The notes under the pieces were generated by a model. It made no database searches. It was not told the DNA's origin and saw only the letters and a program-made list of their open reading frames with translations. A stretch of 44,854 nt of DNA, from positions 1 through 44,854 of the forward strand of contig JBNLDR010000001.1 of NCBI GenBank assembly GCA_050304495.1, in the 5' to 3' direction. The position numbers were made by a program, and so were the translations under genes. Below, piece after piece: positions 1 to 7,738 of the stretch. The DNA comes from Altererythrobacter sp. (GTDB lineage Bacteria > Pseudomonadota > Alphaproteobacteria > Sphingomonadales > Sphingomonadaceae). Position 1 is the stretch's first letter; each line of letters begins with the position of its first letter.

Positions 1-146
1 TAGGCGGCCTGGTCGCGCCAGCGGCCGGCCAACGCGTCGTCGACGTCACGGCCGTCGATCTGCAGGCTGCCGGCGTCGGGGCGAACAAGCGTCAGCATCA
101 CGTCGGCGAGTGTCGTCTTGCCGGCACCGGTCGGGCCGGTCAGTGC
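1..146 (-). other. Fragment of an ABC-transporter ATPase domain (Walker A region), joined to the GTA gene
   Basis: Manual translation of the minus strand from 146 gives ALTGPTGAGKTTLADVMLTLVRPDAGSLQIDGRDVDDALAGRWRDQAA. This is GxxGxGKT followed by the typical ABC 'L..PDAGS..IDG' segment. It has no start codon of its own and runs off the window. Confidence 0.8.
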
Positions 147-363
147 ATGGCAGGCAATGCCAGATCAGGCCCGCCATCTCCGCGATGGTGAGCGCCCCGC
201 CTGACGCGCGCTCGACCAGCGCGAAGAGTGAGCCCAGCTCCTCCTCGGCGGCGACCAGCGCTTCGAAACTGGGGCGCAGCACATAGCTGCGTCCGGCAAT
301 CGCGAAGTTCACTTCGCCACGCGCCGCATTGGCTGGCCTGCTGTTGCTTGCATCCATGCTCAT
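46..363 (-). pseudogene. GTA tail assembly chaperone (GTA gp10 family), 3' end replaced by foreign sequence
   Basis: ANAARGEV...LRPSFEALVAAEEELGSLFALVERA is typical of GTA-gp10, and its ATG overlaps the tail tube stop. After ...WHCLPCTDRPDR the translation becomes an off-frame read of the ABC fragment. Confidence 0.75.
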
Positions 364-767
364 GCGGGCACGACCGGGCCGGAGCTTTCAAGCTGCAGCG
401 TGTAATTGCGCTCGCCGTTGAAATCGCCCGCATAGTCGAGCCGCTGGACCAGGAAAGCGCCGCGGAGCTTGGAACCGTCTTCGAAGGACAGCTCATATTC
501 CTCGGTCGTCCCGCCCAGCGCATGGGCGCGGACCGAATCCTCTGCCGTGCTGCCGAGGAAGATTCCGGCGGCGCTAACCGAGACCGAGCGCGTGCCCGCG
601 CCGGAAAGCAGTTCGCGCCATCCGCCCGATTCCTTATGCGTTACGACCACGGTGTCGCCATTGATCGATAGCTGCGTTGTCCTAAGACCCGCCACGGTTT
701 CATAGCTGGGCGGCTGCGCGCCATCGCCGATCTTGAGGAGGAAGGCGGAGCCTTTCTGGGCTGTCAT
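360..767 (-). CDS. GTA major tail tube protein (TP901-1 family, RcGTA g9-like)
   Basis: MTAQKGSAFLLKIGDG...AGLRTTQLSING...GWRELLSGAG...GERNYTLQLESSG; position in the cluster. Confidence 0.93.
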   Translation of the reverse strand: MTAQKGSAFLLKIGDGAQPPSYETVAGLRTTQLSINGDTVVVTHKESGGWRELLSGAGTRSVSVSAAGIFLGSTAEDSVRAHALGGTTEEYELSFEDGSKLRGAFLVQRLDYAGDFNGERNYTLQLESSGPVVPA

Positions 768-773
768 TGTCGG

Positions 774-1169
774 TTACTCCACTGGTGTTTCGAGAAGGCG
801 GAAGCGGTATTCGAGCAGCGCCGCGCGCAGATTGTTCGGGCGGCGTTCGGCGCGGGCGCGCAGAAAGCGGATATTGATGAGGTCGAAGCCGAGTTGCGCC
901 ACGGGCATGGCCTCCACCCGCCGGTCGATCGCGGCGATCATGCTGCCATCTGCGGCCGGATCGTCGCCGCGCGTGACCAGTTCCAGCGCAATGCGGGTAT
1001 CGCGCCCGACGCGGTCCTTGGTGCTCCAGTCGATCGACGCGCTGGCGGAAATGCCCAGCCAGGGCGGGCTGACGCTGAGCGGGCTCTCTTCCTCGACCGC
1101 ATTGAGCGCGGCGAGAGCGGGGTCGCTCCGCAGCCATTCGAGCAGCGCGGCGCGCAGAAGATTTTCCAT
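774..1169 (-). CDS. GTA tail completion/terminator protein (DUF3168, g8-like)
   Basis: 131 aa with the DWSTKDRVGR motif; directly upstream of the tail tube; AGGA RBS. Confidence 0.82.
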   Translation of the reverse strand: MENLLRAALLEWLRSDPALAALNAVEEESPLSVSPPWLGISASASIDWSTKDRVGRDTRIALELVTRGDDPAADGSMIAAIDRRVEAMPVAQLGFDLINIRFLRARAERRPNNLRAALLEYRFRLLETPVE

Positions 1170-1195
1170 ATGCTATTGAATCCTGTCTAGTACGG

Positions 1196-1348
1196 AGCGC
1201 CGCAGGCGATCCGCAAGCATGTCCTGAGCGGCTGGCATGCCAGCCAGCCGAAGGGGCCGACCGGCCGCCGCGACTTATGCCGCGGAAGCGGAGCTGGCCG
1301 GCAGGCCAGCCCAAGCGGCCCGGATGGGCCGCGCCCGGCGTTTGAGGG
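1196..1348 (-). repeat. Modular palindromic intergenic element, copy A
   Basis: Contains TCCTGAG-CGGCTGGC..GCCAGCCG-AAGG (1222-1254) and the GCGGCCC-GGAT-GGGCCGC hairpin. Bases 1311-1348 match 3661-3698 at 32/38 positions. Confidence 0.8.
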
Positions 1349-1353
1349 TCAAA

Positions 1354-1515
1354 TCAAAAGAGTGGCCAGAGCAAGTGGGCCGAACGCCAGGCGGCACCAT
1401 CGCGTTTGCGCGCGGTGCGGCGGGACTGCGCGAAGGCTTCGCCAAGCGCTCTGGCTTTGGATGTAAGGCGCGCCTCAAGGCCGCGAACAGGGGCCTCCAG
1501 TTCGGCCTTGATCAC
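1354..1515 (-). CDS. Small basic GTA-cluster hypothetical protein (53 aa)
   Basis: GTG start overlaps the head-tail connector stop (GTGA, 1515-1512); ends ...WRSAHLLWPLF. Confidence 0.6.
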   Translation of the reverse strand: MIKAELEAPVRGLEARLTSKARALGEAFAQSRRTARKRDGAAWRSAHLLWPLF

Positions 1516-2057
1516 GCCAGTTGCAGCCTGCGCCAGGGGCGCCACAGCGCGGCGACGCTGGCGGGCGGTCTCAGCGGTTCGCTTGCATCCCGGTCACGGT
1601 AGTTGTGCGCAGCCAGGCGGATAATGCCGTGGCGCAGCGCGTCGGGCAGCGCTGCCCAATCGGCGGCGATCCCCGCGACGAAGGACACCACTACGTGCCT
1701 CCCCGATAGTGGCTGTCTCAGGCGCACTCGGCCTTGCCCGTCCGCAGCGATCTCGATTTCGTAGTTGCCTGCGGGTAGCGCGCTGCGTGTGCCGTCGCCA
1801 TTGACCAGTTCGACCGCTGTAATTGCGCGGACCGGAGCGGTCGCCAACGCAGTCCATTCGCGTGCAATGGGCAGTGCTTCTTCGCAACCCACCTCGATCG
1901 GCATCTGCCGGGTGAAGCCCTCGCACATGTCGAGACTCGCGCCGAGCAATCCGGCGAGCTGCGCATCTTCATTGGCGCTGGTGATGCCAAGCCATTGCTT
2001 GAGCTCGGCGAGGGCCGCGCCCGAGAGGTCGGCCGGTTGGACGATAACCCGCTGCAT
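1512..2057 (-). CDS. GTA head-tail connector/adaptor (g6-like, phiE125 gp8 family)
   Basis: LAELKQWLGI...LPDALRHGIIRLAAHNYRDRD...PASVAALWRPWRRL; GGAGA RBS. Confidence 0.9.
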   Translation of the reverse strand: MQRVIVQPADLSGAALAELKQWLGITSANEDAQLAGLLGASLDMCEGFTRQMPIEVGCEEALPIAREWTALATAPVRAITAVELVNGDGTRSALPAGNYEIEIAADGQGRVRLRQPLSGRHVVVSFVAGIAADWAALPDALRHGIIRLAAHNYRDRDASEPLRPPASVAALWRPWRRLQLA

Positions 2058-2215
2058 TGCGGTCTCCCTGTTGGATTGGATGTGGGTTGAAGCGAGATGG
2101 GGTGCGCCCGCACCGCTTGAGCCTGGCTGAAACGCGAGGCGGGCAGTGCGGGCGCGGGGTGCCGACGGGGGAGTGAAGGGGGGCTCTCAACCCCGCCGGG
2201 GATGAGCGTGCTTGG

Positions 2216-2330
2216 GCCTCAAATTGTCATCGACTTTCGCGCCGCCGCAGGCGGTGCCAGCGCGCGACTGCGCGCCGCGCCCTCTGGCGCGAAAGCCTAG
2301 GGGCCGGATGGCCCCGCCGACGTTTGAGGC
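2216..2330 (-). repeat. Multi-branched palindromic element, copy B, immediately 3' of the capsid gene
   Basis: Terminal IR GCCTCAAA/TTTGAGGC, inner stem CTTTCGCGCC/GGCGCGAAAG and hairpin GGGGCC-GGAT-GGCCCC. Shares CGTTTGAGG and CGCCGCAGGCG with copy A. Confidence 0.75.
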
Positions 2331-2338
2331 TAAACAAA

Positions 2339-3478
2339 CTAGAGCTCTATCTTCAGCAGTTTGATTGCATCGCTATCGAGCACCTGCCCGCCCACGCGCT
2401 TGGTGGCGTAGAAGTGGACGAAGGGCTTGTTGGTGTAGGGATCGCGCAGGATCTGCGTCGCGCCGCTTTCCGCGATCAGATAGCCGTGGCGGAAGTTGCC
2501 GAAGGCGATCGGGAAGGCACCCGCCGCGATATCGGGCATGTCCTCGGCCTCGACCACTGGATAACCGAGCAAGCGGTCGGGCTGGCCCTCGACCAGGCCC
2601 GGCTGCCACAGGAATGCGCCGTCTGCTGTCTTGAGCTTGCGCACAGCGGCCAGCGTGGCGGAGTTCATGACGAAGCTCGCGCCCTGGCGATGCCCGGCCT
2701 TCATGGTGTGGATCAGATCCACCAACCTGGCATCGGGTGCGGCGTCGAACCCGGTCGCATCGCCCGAGCCGATATATTGCAGCGTGCCGAAAGCGCGCAC
2801 GCCGTCTTCTGCGGTCGAGCTGGGCGCGGTGAGGAAGCCCTCGGGCTGGTCGGCGCCGGTCCCGCCCACGAAAGCGGCACCTTCTGCGCGGGCGAATTCC
2901 ATCGCGATCTCGCTTGCGAGCCAGCTCTCAATGTCGAAATCGGCATCGTCGAGCATGGACTGGCTGGCCGCCGGATTGGCGTAAAGCTCGCCGCTGGGCG
3001 GTGCGATCTCGGTGAATTGCGGAGTATCGGTTTCAGGCCGTGCAGCGGTTTCACTGACCCAACCAGAGGCGGTGCCGCCGGTTGCCATCAGCTTGCGATA
3101 GCCGGAGCTGCCAGTCTGCACGACCTGAGCAAGCGCGCGGATCGGGCTGATCTCGGCCAGTTCGCTGGCAATGCGGGCGTCGACTGGCTGCGGCACTGCA
3201 TAGCCACCGTCCGAAGGAGCAGAGCCGCTGACCGACTTGATCTCGCTCTCGCGGCCACGGCGCAGATAGCCATCGACGAAGCCTTTGACTTCGGGTGAGC
3301 TTGCTTCGGCGGCGATCGCGGGGCGGGCGGCAGCGCGCGAAACCTTTTCGAGCCGGGCTTTCACTTCATCGACATCGCTGCGCAAGGTCGTGATTGCTTC
3401 ATCGGCCTTGTCTTGCCGGGCGACGATATCGAAGCTTTCTTCAAGCGTATCGGTCTGGGAGGCGGGAGTGCTTTCCAT
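2339..3478 (-). CDS. GTA major capsid protein (HK97 fold, g5-like)
   Basis: DGGYAVP, ELYANPAASQSMLDD, FARAEGAAFVGG, RDPYTNKPFVHFYATKRVGG; GAAAGGTG RBS favours the ATG at 3478. Confidence 0.97.
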   Translation of the reverse strand: MESTPASQTDTLEESFDIVARQDKADEAITTLRSDVDEVKARLEKVSRAAARPAIAAEASSPEVKGFVDGYLRRGRESEIKSVSGSAPSDGGYAVPQPVDARIASELAEISPIRALAQVVQTGSSGYRKLMATGGTASGWVSETAARPETDTPQFTEIAPPSGELYANPAASQSMLDDADFDIESWLASEIAMEFARAEGAAFVGGTGADQPEGFLTAPSSTAEDGVRAFGTLQYIGSGDATGFDAAPDARLVDLIHTMKAGHRQGASFVMNSATLAAVRKLKTADGAFLWQPGLVEGQPDRLLGYPVVEAEDMPDIAAGAFPIAFGNFRHGYLIAESGATQILRDPYTNKPFVHFYATKRVGGQVLDSDAIKLLKIEL

Positions 3479-3614
3479 GGGGCAATTCACCTTTCATTCG
3501 GTTCTTGGGGGGCATGAAATTGGCCGCCCCCCAAAGCGAAGGGGTCGGCCGGTTGGAAACTCGGATCGATTGGTTCTTGGTCGCGGCGGCCAGAGCGCTA
3601 ATGCGCAGGTTTTA

Positions 3615-3698
3615 TCCTGAGCGGCTGGCAAGCCAGCCGAATGGGCCGGTCAGGCCGACGCCAAGCGGCTCGGAGGGGGTGCGCCCAGCGTCTGAGGG
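3615..3698 (-). repeat. Modular palindromic element, copy C
   Basis: TCCTGAG-CGGCTGGC-AA-GCCAGCCG-AATGG (3615-3644) plus a 38-nt block homologous to copy A. Confidence 0.8.
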
Positions 3699-4117
3699 CG
3701 TTGAAGAAAATGCACTCGTGCGCCGTCTTGCAATGGGTGGGAGACCAGGCTCACCTCGAACAGATCGATATCGGTCAGCACGCGGCCCGATTGTTCGTGG
3801 CGGTAACCGCGCGCGCGGTATCCGAAGCTGAGGCCGTTCACTGCGCCGCGCCGCAATTGCGCGGCGGCGCGCCCATTGGGATTGTCGATCCGGGCGATCA
3901 CGCGCAGGCCGCGGTCATCCTCGGCGATGCTTTCGACCACGCCGATCACCTGATCCGGGCGATGCTGCCAATAGAGCGGCAGCGGTTCTCTCCGTGCCGC
4001 CAGGGTACGGATGAAAGCGCCGGGAAGGATCGTGTCGCGCGCGCCATCGGGCCGGTCGAACAGCGCGGCATATCCGGCGAAGCGCAAGGCCCCGTCCTGA
4101 GCCTGTCGAAGGATCAC
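3650..4117 (-). CDS. GTA prohead protease (HK97 family, g4-like)
   Basis: LRFAGYAALFD..D..RDTILPGAF, PLYWQH, GLSFGYR, LFEVSLVSHPLQ; GTG start overlaps the upstream stop. Confidence 0.92.
   Translation of the reverse strand: MILRQAQDGALRFAGYAALFDRPDGARDTILPGAFIRTLAARREPLPLYWQHRPDQVIGVVESIAEDDRGLRVIARIDNPNGRAAAQLRRGAVNGLSFGYRARGYRHEQSGRVLTDIDLFEVSLVSHPLQDGARVHFLQRPQTLGAPPPSRLASA
4093..4113. repeat. Short REP-like palindrome CGTCCTGAGCCTGTCGAAGGA inside the protease 5' end
   Basis: Same TCCTGAG...GAAGG architecture as copies A and C; resembles CGTC-tagged REP-like repeats; encodes LRQAQD on the minus strand. Confidence 0.6.
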
Positions 4118-4422
4118 CGTAGCAGCTCCGCAGCGCCGAGCTTCACCGCAATGCCGATCAGCAGCAGAGCGAGTAGCCCACGCACGGTCCAGTCGACCAG
4201 CGCCTTCCACGCACTCTTCTTGGCATCGCGCCAGGCGCCGAGCAGTTCGCGCAGCTCGTCGAGATCGTCCTGCGCATCGGCATCGGACAGGCCCAAATGG
4301 CGCAGAACGCGATTGGCGGTGAGTTCGCTCGTCTCTTCCACGATCGCGCGTAGCGTGACGAGTTCTCCGCCTTCGCTGGCAGCCTGCGCCATCAGCCGGG
4401 CAAGCAGTTCTTCGCGGTTCAT
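4114..4422 (-). CDS. Small GTA protein between portal and protease (DUF6127-like, g3.5 position)
   Basis: TLRAIVEE..GLSD..A..DLDELRELLGAWRDAK plus a C-terminal hydrophobic helix; ATGA overlap with the portal stop. Confidence 0.8.
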   Translation of the reverse strand: MNREELLARLMAQAASEGGELVTLRAIVEETSELTANRVLRHLGLSDADAQDDLDELRELLGAWRDAKKSAWKALVDWTVRGLLALLLIGIAVKLGAAELLR

Positions 4423-5576
4423 GCGCGCGCTCCTTTGGTATCAAGGCCAAGCATGGCCCGCTTTTCGCTTTCGCTGAGGAATTCGGCTTCCGAGACCTGC
4501 TTCCACAGCCGCTCTCGGTCTTCCGACAGCGCAGTGACCTGATCGAGATCGACCGAGAGCCGCGCATCGGGGAACCACGGGGCCAGCCCTTCACACAGTG
4601 CGGAGAGCAGCTTGTCCGCCAGCGGCAGCAGCGTCAGCCGCCACAGCGCGCGGTTGGCCTCGCGGTAATTGGCATAGGTGTTGTCGCCCGGCAGGCCGAG
4701 CAGCATGGGCGGTACGCCGAAGGCGAGCGCGATGTCGCGCGCCGCGGCGCTTTTGAGCTCCGCGAAATCCATGTCTGCCGGGCTGAGCGCCATCGACTGC
4801 CATTTGAGCCCGCCGTCGAGCAGCATCGGCCGCCCGGCATTGCCTTGCCCACCATAGGCGGCGGCAAGCTCGGACTTCAGCCGCTCGAACTGATCGGCGG
4901 TGAGGCTTGTGCCATCGGCCACGTCATAAACCAGCGCACCCGATGGCCGCGCCGCATTTTCGAGCAGCGAGCGGTTCCACTGGCTCGCGGCATTGTGGAT
5001 CGCGATCGCCTGGTTCGCGGCAGAAAGCGCGCCCGCGCCATAATGGTCATCGGAAGGATGCAGCGCCTTGATATGCACGATTTCGGACCAGCCGTTGTCA
5101 TCTTCCAACCCGATGGTCAGCTTGCCGGTGCCGACACGGTATTCATAGGCGCAGGGCCAGCCATCGGCACCCGCCACCACGCTCATCCGTTCCGGCCTCA
5201 GGGCGAACAGCTCGACCGGCGTTCCGCTGCCATCCTTGAGGATCTGGACATAACCATTGCCGTGGAGCAGCAATTGGGCGGCCAGCGTCTCGATCAGCGG
5301 CTGGCCCGCGCTGGTGGCGTTGACCAGCGTTGAAAGGCGATCATCGCTCACGCTCAAGGGTGCGCGGCCCACGCCCTCTGCCACGATCCGCACCGCCCGT
5401 TGGGCGATGGGGTTGGCGACAAAGCCCGAACGGATCGCCGCATTGTAATCGAACTGCGGCGTGCCGCCCGAACGATCGAGCGCGAGTGCCCAGGGGGAAG
5501 TGAAGCCGCGCGCCAGGGGCACGCGATTTTCGCCCCCGCCCTTAAAGGCGGAAGCGAGCGTGTTGAGGAATGACAT
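4419..5576 (-). CDS. GTA portal protein (HK97 family, g3-like)
   Basis: NAARPSGAL, NAGRPMLLDGGLKW, DMDF, AFGVPPMLLGLPGDNTYANYREA. Confidence 0.97.
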   Translation of the reverse strand: MSFLNTLASAFKGGGENRVPLARGFTSPWALALDRSGGTPQFDYNAAIRSGFVANPIAQRAVRIVAEGVGRAPLSVSDDRLSTLVNATSAGQPLIETLAAQLLLHGNGYVQILKDGSGTPVELFALRPERMSVVAGADGWPCAYEYRVGTGKLTIGLEDDNGWSEIVHIKALHPSDDHYGAGALSAANQAIAIHNAASQWNRSLLENAARPSGALVYDVADGTSLTADQFERLKSELAAAYGGQGNAGRPMLLDGGLKWQSMALSPADMDFAELKSAAARDIALAFGVPPMLLGLPGDNTYANYREANRALWRLTLLPLADKLLSALCEGLAPWFPDARLSVDLDQVTALSEDRERLWKQVSEAEFLSESEKRAMLGLDTKGARA

Positions 5577-5618
5577 GGGGACCTTCCTGTATGTTCGAAT
5601 TGTTGTAGTGGTGGGTGC

Positions 5619-5936
5619 TTGCTAGTTGAGAGGCGTTTCGTGGACTTGGACCCCAATTCGAAAATTGGTTTGGCAATCCAAACTCTGGGCCAGGAGCCGA
5701 TCAACGGGTTGCGGCATCCTCCAGAAGGAGACACTTCTGGGTGGTATATTTGGGCCGGTGAATCACTCGAAGAAGGGGATGACTACTTTCAACCTTGCCA
5801 TGCCTCCCACCTCCAAGAAATACTTCCGGAAGTGGTGCCATTTTTGAACTTGGATCCGGGATGGCGATTTTTGATCGGAGCTGGAATTCGGGACACTTGG
5901 TTCGATCCGTCACTTCTCTACATTTCACAACCTTGA
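5619..5936 (+). CDS. Imm33/DUF2185-like putative immunity protein, possibly 5'-truncated
   Basis: PINGLRHPPEGDTSGWYIWAGE...FQPCHASHL...PFLNLDPGWRF motif; visibly AT-richer than its flanks; TTG start with weak context. Confidence 0.6.
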   Translation: MLVERRFVDLDPNSKIGLAIQTLGQEPINGLRHPPEGDTSGWYIWAGESLEEGDDYFQPCHASHLQEILPEVVPFLNLDPGWRFLIGAGIRDTWFDPSLLYISQP

Positions 5937-5940
5937 ATGC

Positions 5941-7269
5941 TCAAATCTGCCGAACGCTTGGTGCGGATCGGCGCGACAACATCAATTCACTTAGCGCCCA
6001 GACCAGCGCATCGGCGCGGTCTGGTGACCGGCCGGGGCCTTCGTAACCACCGCCCGCCATCATGCCGCACAGCTGGTCTTCCAGCTTCGGGAACATGGCG
6101 CAGTGGCGCACGCGCCCGGCTTCATAGAGCGCCGCGACCGGTTCGGCCCGGGCCGTCTTGCCTCGGCTGGCATGGACCAGCCTGACCGGCATGGCACAGT
6201 CCGCCGCACGCAAAACGCTTTCGACCATGGCGCCGCCCTGGTTGGCTTCAGCGATAACGCGGTCCGCCTGCCACTCGCTCGCGGCGTTGGCGACTGCGCG
6301 GGCCCAGCCTTCGGGGCTCGCGCGTTCGACCGAGCAATCGGCCAGCACGCGCCCGATGCCGTCAGCGCCGAGTGCGGCGACCACGATCCCGCAGGCATCG
6401 CCATGTGCCGAAGCGGGCGGATCGACCGCCACCACCAAACGCGCAGGCTCCGCTGCGGGTTCCAGCTCACGGCACCGTTCAATCAGGGCCCGGTTCCACA
6501 ATGCGCCCTCCACATCGGCAATCAGCTCGCCATCGAGCTCCTGCCGGGCGAGCAGGCTGCCCGCATATTCGGTGGTGACCGCTTCGATAAAGCTGCGCGG
6601 CAGATTGCCGGCATTGTCCAGCGTCGTGCCGTGCGTCACTGCGCATGATCCGCTGCGCTGCGCCTCGATCAGGCGGTGCACCAGCGGCACGCTGCGCGGC
6701 GTGGTGGTGGCGACCACGCGCTGGTCATGGCCCAGCCTCAGTCCCAGCAGCAGATTGTCCCAGCATTGCGTGGCGCGATCATGCGCCAGCGGCCATTTGC
6801 CGATTTCGTCACACCAGGCGTGGCTATGCTGGGGCCCGCGCAGGCTCTCCGGCTCTCCGGCCGAATAGATGGAGGCGATCGCGCCGTTCGGAAAACGCAG
6901 CCGCCGAAGCGAACTTTCGAACACTGGCAGCCGATCTAGCGGTGAGCAGGCGATGATCCCGCTTTCGCCTTCGACCATCACCGCGCGCGCCTCTGCCAGC
7001 GAGGATGAGACCAGCGCGATGCGGGCAGCGGGATCGCCCTCTGCAATCATCCGCACCCATTCGGCCCCGGTCCGGGTCTTGCCGAAGCCGCGCCCCGCCA
7101 TAATCAGCCAATAGCGCCAATTGCCGGAAGGGGGCAGCTGGGCGGGCCGCGCAAACAGGCGCCAGTAATGCTGGAATTCGGCCTTCTCGCTCTGGCTCAG
7201 CCAGCCGGCGATCTGGTCGCGAATTTTCGGGCTGACTTCGGTCAGCCACTCCAGCGGTTCACTTGTCAC
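5941..7269 (-). CDS. GTA terminase large subunit (g2-like)
   Basis: Walker A AGRGFGKT, Walker B AWCDE, VATTTP coupling motif, nuclease VAVDPP and SPDRADALVWA. Confidence 0.97.
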   Translation of the reverse strand: MTSEPLEWLTEVSPKIRDQIAGWLSQSEKAEFQHYWRLFARPAQLPPSGNWRYWLIMAGRGFGKTRTGAEWVRMIAEGDPAARIALVSSSLAEARAVMVEGESGIIACSPLDRLPVFESSLRRLRFPNGAIASIYSAGEPESLRGPQHSHAWCDEIGKWPLAHDRATQCWDNLLLGLRLGHDQRVVATTTPRSVPLVHRLIEAQRSGSCAVTHGTTLDNAGNLPRSFIEAVTTEYAGSLLARQELDGELIADVEGALWNRALIERCRELEPAAEPARLVVAVDPPASAHGDACGIVVAALGADGIGRVLADCSVERASPEGWARAVANAASEWQADRVIAEANQGGAMVESVLRAADCAMPVRLVHASRGKTARAEPVAALYEAGRVRHCAMFPKLEDQLCGMMAGGGYEGPGRSPDRADALVWALSELMLSRRSAPSVRQI

Positions 7270-7738
7270 TGCGGCCCTTCGTCGCCTTTTCGCGCATGAC
7301 CAGTAGGCGGATTTCTTCGACCTTGCGGTCGATCGACGCCCTTACCTCTGCCGCGCTGACATTGCGCTGCGCCGCCTGGGCGCGGGCGGCATTGTCGCGA
7401 TGCGCGGTCAGCAAGCGGATGGCATTGGCGAAATCGTATTTCTCGCCGCCTGGGGTCACCAGATCGCCTTCGCGCAGGCGCCGCAGCACTTCCATTTCGA
7501 GATGGGTGTAACCTTCCCACAGGGCAGCGAGCCATTGCTTGGCGAATTCGCTTTCCTCGCGGCGGATCTTGTAAGCGCGGCTGGGGTTGATGCCAGAGAT
7601 GCGCGCAGCCTCCGAAACATTGGACGTTTCGGCCAGGCAATCGAGGAACAGGCCGCGCCAGTGGCGGTTGAGGCCGGGCTTCTCTCCCTCTTTGAGGTGC
7701 GCCTTGATCTTGGTGCGCTTGGCGCGCCGCTGCGGCAT
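7259..7738 (-). CDS. Putative GTA terminase small subunit (g1 position, HTH)
   Basis: FLDCLAETSNVSEAARISGINPSRAYKIRR HTH; GGAGA RBS before the ATG at 7738; overlaps the large terminase start. Confidence 0.75.
   Translation of the reverse strand: MPQRRAKRTKIKAHLKEGEKPGLNRHWRGLFLDCLAETSNVSEAARISGINPSRAYKIRREESEFAKQWLAALWEGYTHLEMEVLRRLREGDLVTPGGEKYDFANAIRLLTAHRDNAARAQAAQRNVSAAEVRASIDRKVEEIRLLVMREKATKGRSDK

Noticed and set aside
2216-2330. tRNA or known ncRNA call for the cloverleaf-like fold
   Set aside because: No T-loop (GTTCRA), D-loop consensus or CCA end; shares modules with the other repeats.
1196-3698. CRISPR array
   Set aside because: Repeats are dispersed between genes, not regularly spaced with unique spacers; no cas genes.
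3650-4594. 314-aa version of the prohead protease and other long N-terminal extensions (7855, 11560, 20402, 26176, 38526 starts)
   Set aside because: The extensions overlap neighbouring real genes or lack homology-like character; better RBS-supported or coupled starts lie downstream.
128-7738. Intact prophage interpretation
   Set aside because: No integrase, repressor, replication or lysis genes and no att site visible; gene order and sequences are RcGTA-like and the right flank is core genome.
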